Part shown: positions 24,001-47,603 of the stretch, one piece after another
Numbering within the stretch: the stretch's first letter is position 1
Layout: the number at the start of each line of letters is the position of its first letter
DNA from: Macrostomum lignano
Lineage: Eukaryota
Assembly: GCA_002269645.1 (NCBI GenBank)
Contig: NIVC01000698.1
Location: 144,694-197,099 of the forward strand
Length of the DNA: 52,406 nucleotides
Direction of reading: 5' to 3'
Program-made: the position numbers and the translations under genes
The notes under the pieces: generated by a model
Seen by the model: the letters and a program-made list of their open reading frames with translations, nothing else
What the model was told of the DNA's origin: nothing
The model's database searches: none

Positions 24001-25037
24001 ATTTATTGTAGATTGGGATGGAGATACGCTAAGCTAATCCGACCTATATAATTGGTCGCAAAATGTATAATGGACTGATTGATTATTTGATTGATTGATT
24101 GATTAATTACGAGCGTAATTGATTGGTTGCTTGATTGATGGATTGCTTGATAGATAGATAGATAGATTGATTGATTGACTGATTGTTAGACTAATTTCGT
24201 GATTGATTGATTGATTGATTAATTAATTGATTGATTGATTGATTGATTGGTTAATCAATTGATTGAATAAATAATTGATTAATTCATTGATTGATGGATT
24301 GATTAAATAATTAATTTATTGACTGATTGATTGATTGATTGACTGATTGATTGATTAATTGATTGATAAATTGATTGATTGATTGATTAATTGATTTATA
24401 AATTGATTGATTGATTGATTAATTACGAGCGTAATTGATTGGTTGCTTGATTGATGGATTGCTTGATAGATAGATAGATAGATTGGTTGATTGACTGATT
24501 GTTAGACTAATTTCGTGATTGATTGATTGATTGATAAATTAATTGATTGATTGATTGATTGATTGGTTAATCAATCAATTGATTGAAAAAATAATTGATT
24601 AATTCATTGATTGATGGATTGATTAAATAATTAATTTATTGACTGATTGATTGATTGATTGACTGATTGATTGATTAATTGATTGATAAATTGATTGATT
24701 GATTGATTAATTGATTGATAAATTGATTGATTGATTGATTAATTACGAGCGTAATTGATTCGTTGCTTGATTGATGGATTGCTTGATAGATAGATAGATA
24801 GATTGATTGATTGGCTGATTGTTAGACTAATTTCGTGATTGATTGATTGATTGATTAATTAATTGATTGATTGATTGGTTATTCAATTGATTGAATAAAT
24901 AATTGATTAATTCATTGATTGATGGATTGATTAAATAATTAATTTATTGACTGATTGATTGATGGATTGACTGATTGATTGATTAATTGATTGATAAATT
25001 GATTGATTGACTGATTTATTGATTAATTGATTGATAA

Positions 25038-25070
<33 letters not shown>

Positions 25071-25285
25071 CTGATTTGATTGATCGCGTGCCTTCCTCCC
25101 CGCTGGCTGCGGATCGCCAACCAGACGCTACTGTAAAGTACATCCAACAACCACAATCACCGAACAAATCAAATTTCAATTGGAACTTCACAGCCGAGCT
25201 CTTCATGCACTACCTGATGGACTATGAAGCGTGGCTGAGACGCGAGTCCAGCTCGACGCCCCCTGACCCACCGAAAGCCCAATGA
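21040..25285 (+). CDS. TIR-SAM-TIR domain protein (5' end unresolved)
   Basis: Exons 21040-22335, 23636-23809 and 25125-25285, with phase-1 junctions in frame. TIR1: IFVAYS...VWFDKD...AVLFLSESFFSS. SAM: WTVNDLQEWL...FAEQGVDG...LTDADL...RKKL (~21771-21960). TIR2: VFLVC...VLVLLT...VIVLFL...LDF. The first exon starts in phase 1 with no ATG, so an upstream exon is missing. Confidence 0.82.
22885..23183 (+). repeat. 62-bp tandem repeat, ~4.8 near-identical copies
   Basis: GGGCCATAGACAAT recurs at 22885, 22947 and 23009 with no unique spacers. Confidence 0.93.
24075..25083 (+). repeat. Degenerate (GATT)n array with ~316-320-bp higher-order period
   Basis: Marker AATTACGAGCGTAATT at 24105, 24421 and 24741. 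Confidence 0.92.
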
Positions 25286-25567
25286 CCTTGTTTGGTTTTT
25301 TTATATCAACACAGAAAATGCCTATAAAAGATCTTTAATTTTATTGACTCTATCCTTCTTTATTTATATGTGTGCGTGACCTGTCTCTCATTATTAGACT
25401 TTTGTTTTCCATGAACTTGCACCCCCCCCCCTAATAGAAAGCGCCATTAACTCTCGGAGCAATTGAGTGGCAAGTGTGACTTCAGCGTTGGAAAATTTAT
25501 AATCGAAATTTTGTTTCTAATCCAAGAAGTAATTTTTGACTAGTGGTGTTTCATGTATTGTGCCAGT

Positions 25568-26695
25568 ATGTCAGATAGAATCTGTCAGCAATGATAGGAT
25601 GTCAGATAGAATCTGTCAGCAACGATAGGATGTCAGATAGAATCTGTCAGCAATGATAGGATGTCAGATAGAATCTGTCAGCAATGATAGGATGTCAGAT
25701 AGAATCTGTCAGCAACGATAGGATGTCAGATAGAATCTGTCAGCAATGATAGAATGTCAGATAGAATCTGTCAGCATTGATAGGATGTCAGATAGAATCT
25801 GTCAGCAATGAAAGGATGTCAGATAGAATCTGTCAGCAATGAAAGGATGTCAGATAGAATCTGTCAGCAATGATAGGATGTCAGATAGAATCTGTCAGCA
25901 ATGAAAGGATGTCAGATAGAATCTGTCAGCAATGAAAGGATGTCAGATAGAATCTTTCAGCAATGAAAGGATGTCAGATAGAATCTGTCAGCAATGAAAG
26001 GATGTCAGATAGAATCTGTCAGCAATGATAGGATGTCAGATAGAATCTGTCAGCAATGAAAGGATGTCAGATAGAATCTGTCAGCAACGATAGGATGTCA
26101 GATAGAATCTGTCAGCAATGATAGGATGTCAGATAGAATCTGTCAGCAATGATAGGATGTCAGATAGAATCTGTCAGCAACGATAGGATGTCAGATAGAA
26201 TCTGTCAGCAATGATAGAATGTCAGATAGAATCTGTCAGCATTGATAGGATGTCAGATAGAATCTGTCAGCAATGAAAGGATGTCAGATAGAATCTGTCA
26301 GCAATGAAAGGATGTCAGATAGAATCTGTCAGCAATGAAAGGATGTCAGATAGAATCTGTCAGCAATGAAAGGATGTCAGATAGAATCTGTCAGCAATGA
26401 TAGGATGTCAGATAGAATCTGTCAGCAATGATAAGGATGTCAGATAGAATCTGTCAGTTATGATAGAATGTCAGATAGAATCTGTCAGCAATGATAGGAT
26501 GTCAGATAGAATCTGTCAGCAATGATAGGATATCAGATAGAATCTGTCAGCATTGATAGGATATCAGATAGAATCTGTCAGCAATCATAGGATATGTCAG
26601 ATAGAATCTGTCAGCATTGATAGGGTATCAGATAGAATCTGTCAGCAATCATAGGATATGTCAGATAGAATCTGTCAGCAATGATAGGATGTCAG
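25568..26695 (+). repeat. 31-bp minisatellite ATGTCAGATAGAATCTGTCAGCAATGATAGG, ~36 copies
   Basis: Direct reading. Confidence 0.96.
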
Positions 26696-26757
26696 AGCCG
26701 TGTAACATTGAAAGATGTGATGTCATGGCCACAATGACATGCAGTTGTTTTGCCTAG

Positions 26758-28844
26758 ACTCTTACCAACCCGTTATGCAAGCTGGAACAACTCTGCAATC
26801 CAACATGGCAACGCTGCCGAACTTCTTCGCAGCCCCTGCGCGCAGTTTGGACTCTGCTGCATCATCCAGCCAGTCGCAGCAGCCTGACCCAGCCTCTCCT
26901 GGCTTCATCAGGACTCGAACCGGTACGCAGCTCAGCTTGGCACCATCAGTGCCCAGCCAGCAGCATCAGCAGCCCGCCGTGTTCATCTCCTATCACTGGG
27001 ACTCCACCGAGGCCGTGCTGGAGCTGAAGCGATTCCTGATTGCCCACGCAATCCGAGTGCAGCTGGACACCGACAAGAGTCCTGATGAGGGTAGCATGAA
27101 GGTAATTGGAGTGACTTGATAGCTCAGCTTTGCCAATAAATTGAATAGCACTTCACTGCATGCGACACTCTGCATGCTATCACTTTCTTTGTAAACCCCG
27201 TTGACCCTCTCGTCACGGCCATTCACGCCCATGAAGGCCAACCCCTAAGGCGCGACCCTCGCGTTTCGTGGAAAATGTTTTGAAGGCCACTTTTCGCCGA
27301 AAAAAACACTACAGAGATAGGAAGTTTTCGTTTTTCAGCACAAAAATTGTTCGTTAGGTTAGGTTCACAAAATTAGGATTCTATGTTAATTTTATATTCT
27401 ACGTACATTTTCTGCACCTAAATACTCGTATCATTAAAATGATATTCAGCACAACTCGACTCTTTGGTTTTATGAAGCTATTTTATCATATCTGTTACAC
27501 ATATTGCTACATAGCCAGCTAAGAATGACAAAATACTCGTAGAATCATAACGAGTTTTTAGGCACAGGACATGTGCAATTGTACGTAGAATAAGAATTGA
27601 ACATTGAATCCTAGTTTTCTGAACGAAAAGCTTTATGAATATCAATAGAGTTATAAGAAAGGCACAACATATCAAAAGAAGAACATTGGGTCTGCCTCCT
27701 ATCAAAGGAATAACAGTTTTAGTGCTGAAAATATGAGAACTTCCCATCTCCGTAGTGTATTTTTCGGTGAAAACTGGCCTTCAAAACATTCTCCATTGAT
27801 TTAGTGTTGCGTCTTACTTATTCAACAGCGCGCTTCTTTAGTGTTTTAGCCTACGTTTCTTGCCAATACAAAATCATTCACAAGGGTTTTACAGCCACTG
27901 CACAAAAAAACTAAAAAATAATTGGAAAGTTAGAGTCATTAAGTTAATGCCAGCAATTACAGTTAGTCAAATCAGAAGCTTTTGTTTATTCGCTTAGAAA
28001 TCAACTCCATCATAGCTGTCGTAAAAAATCACAGTTCAATGTTTTTTCACCTCGCTGCTTTCTGGCAAACTTTCGACTTTTTTATTTTGCAGATCATGAA
28101 AGGCGTTCGTGACGACGGCAGTCGAAAGGTTGGCAACCAAATTTGGTGTTTCTTTTAGAGCTGCACTTTATAATAAGCGCGTGCGGACTGCTGTGTAACT
28201 AATAATTAATTTGAGGGTAATCCTTCGGTTAGAGTACATCAGATAAAATATTAACTGAGTGTGCTAAGCCGAGTGCCAGATGAGTGTGCTAAACTGAGTG
28301 CCAGATGAGTGTGCTAAGCTGAGTGCCAGATGAGAGTGAAAAAAACTGAGTGCCAGATGAGTGTGCCAAACTGAGTGCCAGATGAGTGTGCCAAACTGAG
28401 TGCCAGATGAGTGTGCCAAACCGAGTGCCAGATGAGGGTGCCAACAAAGGTTCTGCATGTAAATGAACTAAAACCCTTGCTTGCTAAATGCTTTGCCTCC
28501 CTATTACTAGATATCCCTCAATTTCCCATCCATTGAAAAACATTCCACAGGTGTTCATTGAAAAAGCTATGCGCGACTGTCACTGCGTTCTGCTGGCCGT
28601 CACGCCAAAATATCTGCGCAGCGAGAACTGCCAGTCGGATATTGAAGCCGCCTACAGGCAGCGCAGGCCGCTGCTGCCGGTGCTGCTGACCTTCTGCGCC
28701 TGGCCGCCCGACTCCAGCTGCGCCGCCGGCCTGCGCAAACGGCTGGCCGCGATTCCGGCCATAGACATCGGGAGCGAGCGGCTGGCCAAGAAGAATCTGG
28801 CTCGGCTGGTGCAGCGGGTGCAGCAGATCTCCGGGCCGCCTTGA
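26758..28844 (+). CDS. TIR domain exons: stand-alone TIR protein (ATG 26775 or 26805) or alternative 3' end of the upstream TIR-SAM-TIR gene
   Basis: Exons 26758/26805-27101 (donor AAG|GTAATT, phase 0) and 28551-28844 (acceptor CACAG). Motifs AVFISYHW...VQLD...AMRDCHCVLLAVTPKYLRSENCQSDIEAAY...LLPVLL are typical TIR (TIR_2-like). Confidence 0.88.
27269..27795. mobile_element. Non-autonomous foldback/MITE-like DNA element, full copy
   Basis: Imperfect TIRs of about 75 bp: left TGGAAAATGTTTTGAAGGCCACTTTTCGCCGAAAAAAACACTAC, right reverse complement TGGAGAATGTTTTGAAGGCCAGTTTTCACCGAAAAATACACTAC. Internal inverted pair TATTCTACGTACA/TGTACGTAGAATA. No TSD identified. Confidence 0.8.
28256..28442 (+). 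repeat. ~25-bp repeat CTGAGTGCCAGATGAGTGTGCCAAA
   Basis: Direct reading, ~7 copies. Confidence 0.88.
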
Positions 28845-29073
28845 TTGATTGCTTGTTTGATTAATTGATTAATTGATTGATTGATTGATTGACTGACTGA
28901 TTGATTGATTTATTGGTTGATTAATTAGTTAATTGATAAATTGATAGATAGATAGATTGATTGATTTATTAATTGATTGATTGATTTATCCATCGATTGA
29001 TTGATTGGTTAAATATTTAATTGATTTATTGATTGATTGATCGATTGATCGATTGATTGATTAATTGATCGAT

Positions 29074-29114
<41 letters not shown>

Positions 29115-29211
29115 TGATTGACTGACTGACTGATTTAATGAATGATTGGTTAATTGATTGGTTAATTGATTGGTTGATTGATTGACGAATTAATTTATTG
29201 ATGGTCTAATA

Positions 29212-29248
<37 letters not shown>

Positions 29249-30025
29249 CTGACTGATTGATTGATTTATTGGTTGATTAATTAGTTAATTGATAAATTGA
29301 TAGATAGATTGATTGATTGATTTATTAATTGATTGATTGATTTATTAATTGATTGATTTATTTATTGATCGATTGATTGATTGGTTCAATATTTAATTGA
29401 TTTATTGATTGATTGATCGATTGATCGATTGATTGATTGATTGATTGATTAATTAATTAATTGATTGATTGATAGATTGATTGATTGATTGATTGATTGA
29501 TCGATCGATTGATTGATTTATTGGTTGATTAATTAGTTAATTGATAAATTGATAGATAGATTGATTGATTGATTTATTAATTGATTGATTGATTTATTAA
29601 TTGACTGATTGATTTGTCGATCGATTGATTGATTGGTTAAATATTTAATTGATTTATTGATTGATTGATCGATTGATCGATTGATTGATTGATTGATTAA
29701 TTGATTAATTGATTGATTGATCGATCGATCGATTGATTGATTGATTGATCGATCGATTGATTGATTGATTGATCGATCGATTGATTGATTTATTGGTTGA
29801 TTAATTAGTTAATTGATAAATTGATAGATAGATTGATTGATTGATTTAATAATTGATTGATTGATTTATTAATTGACTGATTGATTTGTCGATCGATTGA
29901 TTGATTGGTTAAATATTTAATTGATTTATTGATTGATTGATCGATTGATCGATTGATTGATTGATTGATTAATTAATTAATTGATTGATTGATCGATCGA
30001 TCGATTGATTGATTGATTGATCGAT

Positions 30026-30078
<53 letters not shown>

Positions 30079-30175
30079 TGATTGACTGACTGACTGATTT
30101 AATGAATGATTAGTTAATTGATTGGTTAATTGATTGGTTGATTGATTAACGAATTAATTTATTGATGGTCTAATA

Positions 30176-30206
<31 letters not shown>

Positions 30207-30239
30207 TATCGATCGATTGATTGATAGGTTATTTATTGA

Positions 30240-30320
<81 letters not shown>

Positions 30321-30342
30321 CTGACTGACTGACCGACTGATT
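28843..30342 (+). repeat. Degenerate (GATT)n array with internal block duplications
   Basis: Begins at the TIR stop codon. Block TTGGTTGATTAATTAGTTAATTGATAAATTGATAGAT recurs four times. Confidence 0.93.
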
Positions 30343-30702
30343 AATTTTTTTACGTTTCGGCTCATCAATTGATATATTTTTTATTCACTTTTGATTCACA
30401 ACTTTACCTACAGAGTTTTCTTTGCTTTGAAAAAAATTCAAAAAGAGCTTCACCGTCAAAATATTTATAAATTCAAGCTGAGAAATTAAATTATAAACAA
30501 ATGTTCTCCGGTTGCCTCTCTTTGCTTTGAGCTGATATTTGAACCCAAGACACAAAGCAGGTTTACAGATTGCAATGTATTTACTTTGGTAAATTATTTC
30601 TTGAGCTTAAATCCTTCGTGCGACGGGGAAAAGATTTGCATTCATTTAGGATCGCGTGGATGGCTGGCGCTCAAAGAAAACAAACGTTGACCTTTGACGT
30701 AC

Positions 30703-31416
30703 TAACTCTCCCTCCCAACTCTCCCTCTTAACTCTCCCTCTTAACTCTCCCTCCCAACTCTGCCTCTCAACTCTGCCTCTCAACTCTGCCTCTCAACTCT
30801 CCCTCTCAACTCTCCCTCTCAACTCTGCCTCTCAACTCTCCCTCTCAACTCTGCCTCTCAACTCTCCCTCTCAACTCTGCCTCTCAACTCTCCCTCTCAA
30901 CTCTGCCTCTCAACTCTCCCTCTCAACTCTGCCTCTCAACTCTCCCTCTCAACTCTGCCTCTCAACTCTCCCTCTCAACTCTGCCTCTCAACTCTCCCTC
31001 TCAACTCTCCGTCTCAACTCTCCCTGCCAGCTCTCCCTCTCAACTCTGCCTCTCAACTCTGCCTCTCAACTCTGCCTCTCAACTCTCCCTCTCAACTCTC
31101 CCTCTCAACTCTCCCTCTCAACTCTCCCTCTCAACTCTCCCTCTCAACTCTCCCTCTCAACTCTCCCTCTCAACTCTCCCTCTCAACTCTGCCTCTCAAC
31201 TCTCCCTCTCAACTCTCCCTCTCAACTCTCCCTCTCAACTCTCCCTCTCAACTCTCCCTCTCAACTCTCCCTCTCAACTCTGCCTCTCAACTCTGCCTCT
31301 CAACTCTCCCTCTCAACTCTCCCTCTCAACTCTCCCTCTCAACTCTCCCTCTCAACTCTCCCTCTCAACTCTCCCTCTCAACTCTCCCTCTCAACTCTCC
31401 CTCTCAACTCTCCCTC
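30703..31416 (+). repeat. 13-bp minisatellite CAACTCT(C/G)CCTCT
   Basis: Direct reading. Confidence 0.95.
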
Positions 31417-31755
31417 TTTGGACTCGCAACTCAAGCCTGCTCGAATCATGCTCGTGTTTTGCTACTTTATTAATTATTGTATTATCAATGAATTGTATTA
31501 AAAGCACTCTTTATAGGTGCATATAAAATTTTTCACCAAATTAACTCAAATGGCAATGTCATTTCGATTAGGACCGAGCCGTTTCTCTTCTATGCAAATA
31601 CTGTTGATAATATAATTCAAGCTACTCACTTCTGATCAGCCCAGACTATAAAAGATAGGAAATGATATCTTCTAGATTTTGAAGCCAGAGCTTCACCAGC
31701 TGCTCTGGTTGGCTAACCTCTGCCAGCCAATACTCAACTTCCTGCTCAAACAAAG

Positions 31756-31861
31756 ATGTTGCAGACTCTGAATGAAAAGAGCGGAGGGTCGGTTTTCTTG
31801 ACAAAATCTCGACTGCTCGAAATTCGCAAGTCTGCAACGCTTCTTGGCACCAGACTCTCAG
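31756..31861 (+). other. Probable 5'UTR exon of DUR3 carrying an upstream ORF start
   Basis: ATG at 31756, open frame to a strong donor CAG|GTAAGC at 31862. Splicing to either nearby acceptor (32360 or 32379) hits a stop before ATG 32506. Confidence 0.35.
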
Positions 31862-31894
31862 GTAAGCTGTTTGTACAGTCAGAATAGTTCACAA

Positions 31895-32285
31895 CTTCAA
31901 TCTCTAATCTCCAATCTTTAATCTCCAATCTCCGAGTTCAAATATCGAATATCGAATATCCAACCTCTAATCTCTAATCTCAAATATCGAATCTAAAACC
32001 TCCAATCTCCAATCTCTTATCTCTAATCTCTAATCTCAAGCCTCCAACCTTCAATCTCTAATCCACAATCTCTAATCTCAAACCTTCAATCTCCAATTTC
32101 TAATCTCCAATCTCTAATCTCAAACCTTCGATCTCCAATTTCTAATCTCAAATTTCAAATCTCAAACCTTCAATCTCCAATCTCTAATCTCCAATCTCTA
32201 ATCTCAAACCTCCAATCTTCAATCTCCAATCTCCCATCTCCAATCTCTAATATCTTATCTCTAATCTCCGAGTTCCAATCTCCAG
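31895..32285 (+). repeat. Degenerate AATCTC(T/C)-type low-complexity repeat
   Basis: Direct reading. Confidence 0.75.
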
Positions 32286-32505
32286 TCTAAAGACATGCTC
32301 ATGCAAGCCTCATCATCATTTGTAAGACTCATAGCTGAAGCATTCCTTTTGATAAGACAGCTAGTCTTTATTCTTCAAGAATTGTGAACTGAAAGAATGA
32401 GGCAGACGTGAGGAAAGCCTTGCAGAGATTAAGTTTCCGCCAAACCATTCCAGTTTTGTCGCAGAAGCTCTTGAAGCGCAATAGGACACTCGGAACGGGT
32501 GCAGC

Positions 32506-45118
<12,613 letters not shown>

Positions 45119-45332
45119 CGTGCCGGGACGCTGCCGCTACGCACTGCCGCCCTGTGTCACCTTTTACTCGCACGACTTTACTAGTTAGTGAAACTAACTC
45201 GTACTAATGTATACAATTTGGCAATATAGAAAGTTTTTATTTTTCTGCGGACACTTAATCACTGTTGTTGCCAGTTATTTTCTCTTTTTTTCTGAAATGA
45301 GTCACCTTTCTCAACTCTCTCAAAAAAGTAGT

Positions 45333-46108
45333 CCCTGGTTCCAGGATGGTTCCAGGTGTCCCTGGTTCCAGGTGTCCCTGGTTCCAGGTGTCCCTGGTTC
45401 AAGGTGTCCCTGGTTCAAGGTGTCCCTGGTTCCAGGTGTCCCTGGTTCCAGGTGTCCCTGGTTCAAGGTGTCCCTGGTTCCAGGTGTCCCTGGTTCAAGG
45501 TGTCCCTGGTTCCAGGTGTCCCTGGTTCAAGGTGTCCCTGGTTCCAGGTGTCCCTGGTTCCAGGTGTCCCTGGTTCCAGGTGTCCCTGGTTCCAGGTGTC
45601 CCTGGTTCAAGGTGTCCCTGGTTCCAGGTGTCCCTGGTTCCAGGTGTCCCTGGTTCAAGGTGTCCCTGGTTCCAGGTGTCCCTGGTTCAAGGTGTCCCTG
45701 GTTCCAGGTGTCCCTGGTTCCAGGTGTCCCTGGTTCCAGGTGTCCCTGGTTCCAGGTGTCCCTGGTTCAAGGTGTCCCTGGTTCCAGGTGTCCCTGGTTC
45801 CAGGTGTCCCTGGTTCCAGGTGTCCCTGGTTCCAGGTGTCCCTGGTTCCAGGTGTCCCTGGTTCCAGGTGTCCCTGGTTCCAAGTGTCCCTGGTTCCAAG
45901 TGTCCCTGGTTCCAGGTGTCCCTGGTTCCAGGTGTCCCTGGTTCCAGGTGTCCCTGGTTCCAGGTGTCCCTGGTTCCAGGTGTCCCTGGTTCCAGGTGTC
46001 CCTGGTTCCAGGTGTCCCTGGTTCCAGGTGTCCCTGGTTCCAGGTGTCCCTGGTTCCAGGTGTCCCTGGTTCCAGGTGTCCCTGGTTCCAGGTGTCCCTG
46101 GTTCCAGG
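45333..46108 (+). repeat. 16-bp minisatellite CCTGGTTCCAGGTGTC, ~48 copies
   Basis: Direct reading, downstream of the DUR3 stop. The unit contains CCTGG-TT-CCAGG. Confidence 0.96.
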
Positions 46109-46974
46109 TTGATTGATAAGCGCTATCACCTTGAGATGCGCTACTTGCGGTGTTTTTGTCTGTTGTCATGGTTTTGTCGCAAATTTTATAAAGTTCGTGA
46201 TTTTCTTTCCAATTAATAATATTGCACCTGCACTGCAAATCCTAAGTGTGTTTATTACGTGCCAGTGCCGTACTTGCAGTGTATTACCTGCACGTTATAA
46301 CAGTTTAATCATTACTGTCGATCTCTGTCAATAACGCGATATTACAAATATGAGCTATATCTGATCCAATTTCATTGATTTCTTGCTGCGTTCCGACATA
46401 AATAGAAGCAACTTTGATGTTAATAGCGTCTGTGTTGTAATAAACTTCTTGTGTCACAAATATCCACTATTTCTCACCTATAAAGCAATTTCATTGTTCT
46501 CTAACTATTCCTACCTTTGCAACAGAATTGCGTCGCAATCGTAACGCTCTACTTTTACTCTGTTATCAGTAGGCAGTATCGAGCAGGCCACTATTCAATA
46601 ACCGGATAAAAATGAAAAAAAGGCAGTGTTTTCACTGGTGTATAAATAGATGCTATGCAGTCAGTGCTGCACTGAACTTAATTGAAATATATTTAATACA
46701 AATAATATTAAAATGGCATTTGTTCAAGTTCCCTCATTGAAAATACAACCAATGGATGATATGATGGAATTTTACGGTGCCTATGATTTCCATCATCAGG
46801 TGCACTTTATATTCGAAAGCATTTACCAAATGAGCCAACGGGATGAATACTAAACCAATCCTTGCTGGAATAAAAGCTTTTTTTAGAGAAAAATTTCTTA
46901 TCTCTGGCTGACAAGCAAGTTAGTAAGCAGTTTACGTGTATTTGCAGAGCACGCATCAGTGCGCGGAGCTCTAG

Positions 46975-47597
46975 TACAAAAGTACAAGAGTACAAGAGTA
47001 CAAGAGTACAAGAGTAAAGGAGTACAAGAGTACAAGAGTACAAGAGTACAAGAGTACAAGAGTAAAGGAGTACAAGAGTGCTAGAGTACAAGAGTAAAAG
47101 GGCACAAGGGTACAAGAGTACAAGAGTACAAGAGTACAAGAGTACAAGAAAACAAGAGTACAAGAGTACAAGAAAACAAGAGTACAAGAGTACAAGAAAA
47201 CAAGAGTACAAGAGTTCTAGAGTTCAAGAGTACAAGAGTAAGAGTACAAGAGTATAAGAGTACAAGAGTACAAGAGTACAAGAGTACAAGAGTACAAGAA
47301 TTCTAGAGTTCCAGCGTACAAGAGTAAGAGTACAAGAGTATAAGAATTCTAGAGTTCAAGAGTACAAGAGTAAGAGTACAAGAGTATAAGAGTACAAGAG
47401 TACAAGAGTGCTAGATTACGAGAGTACAAGAGTACAAGAGTACAAGATACAAGAGTACAAGGGTACAAAAGTACAAGAGTGCAAGAGTACAAGAGTACAA
47501 GAATACAAGAGTACAAGAGTACAAGAGTGCAAGAGTACAAGAGTACAAGAGTACAAGAGTACAAGAGTGCAAGAGTACTAGAGTACAATAGTACAAG
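46975..47597 (+). repeat. 8-bp minisatellite GTACAAGA
   Basis: Direct reading. Abuts the stop codon of the minus-strand ORF. Confidence 0.93.
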
Positions 47598-47603
47598 CGC
47601 TGG

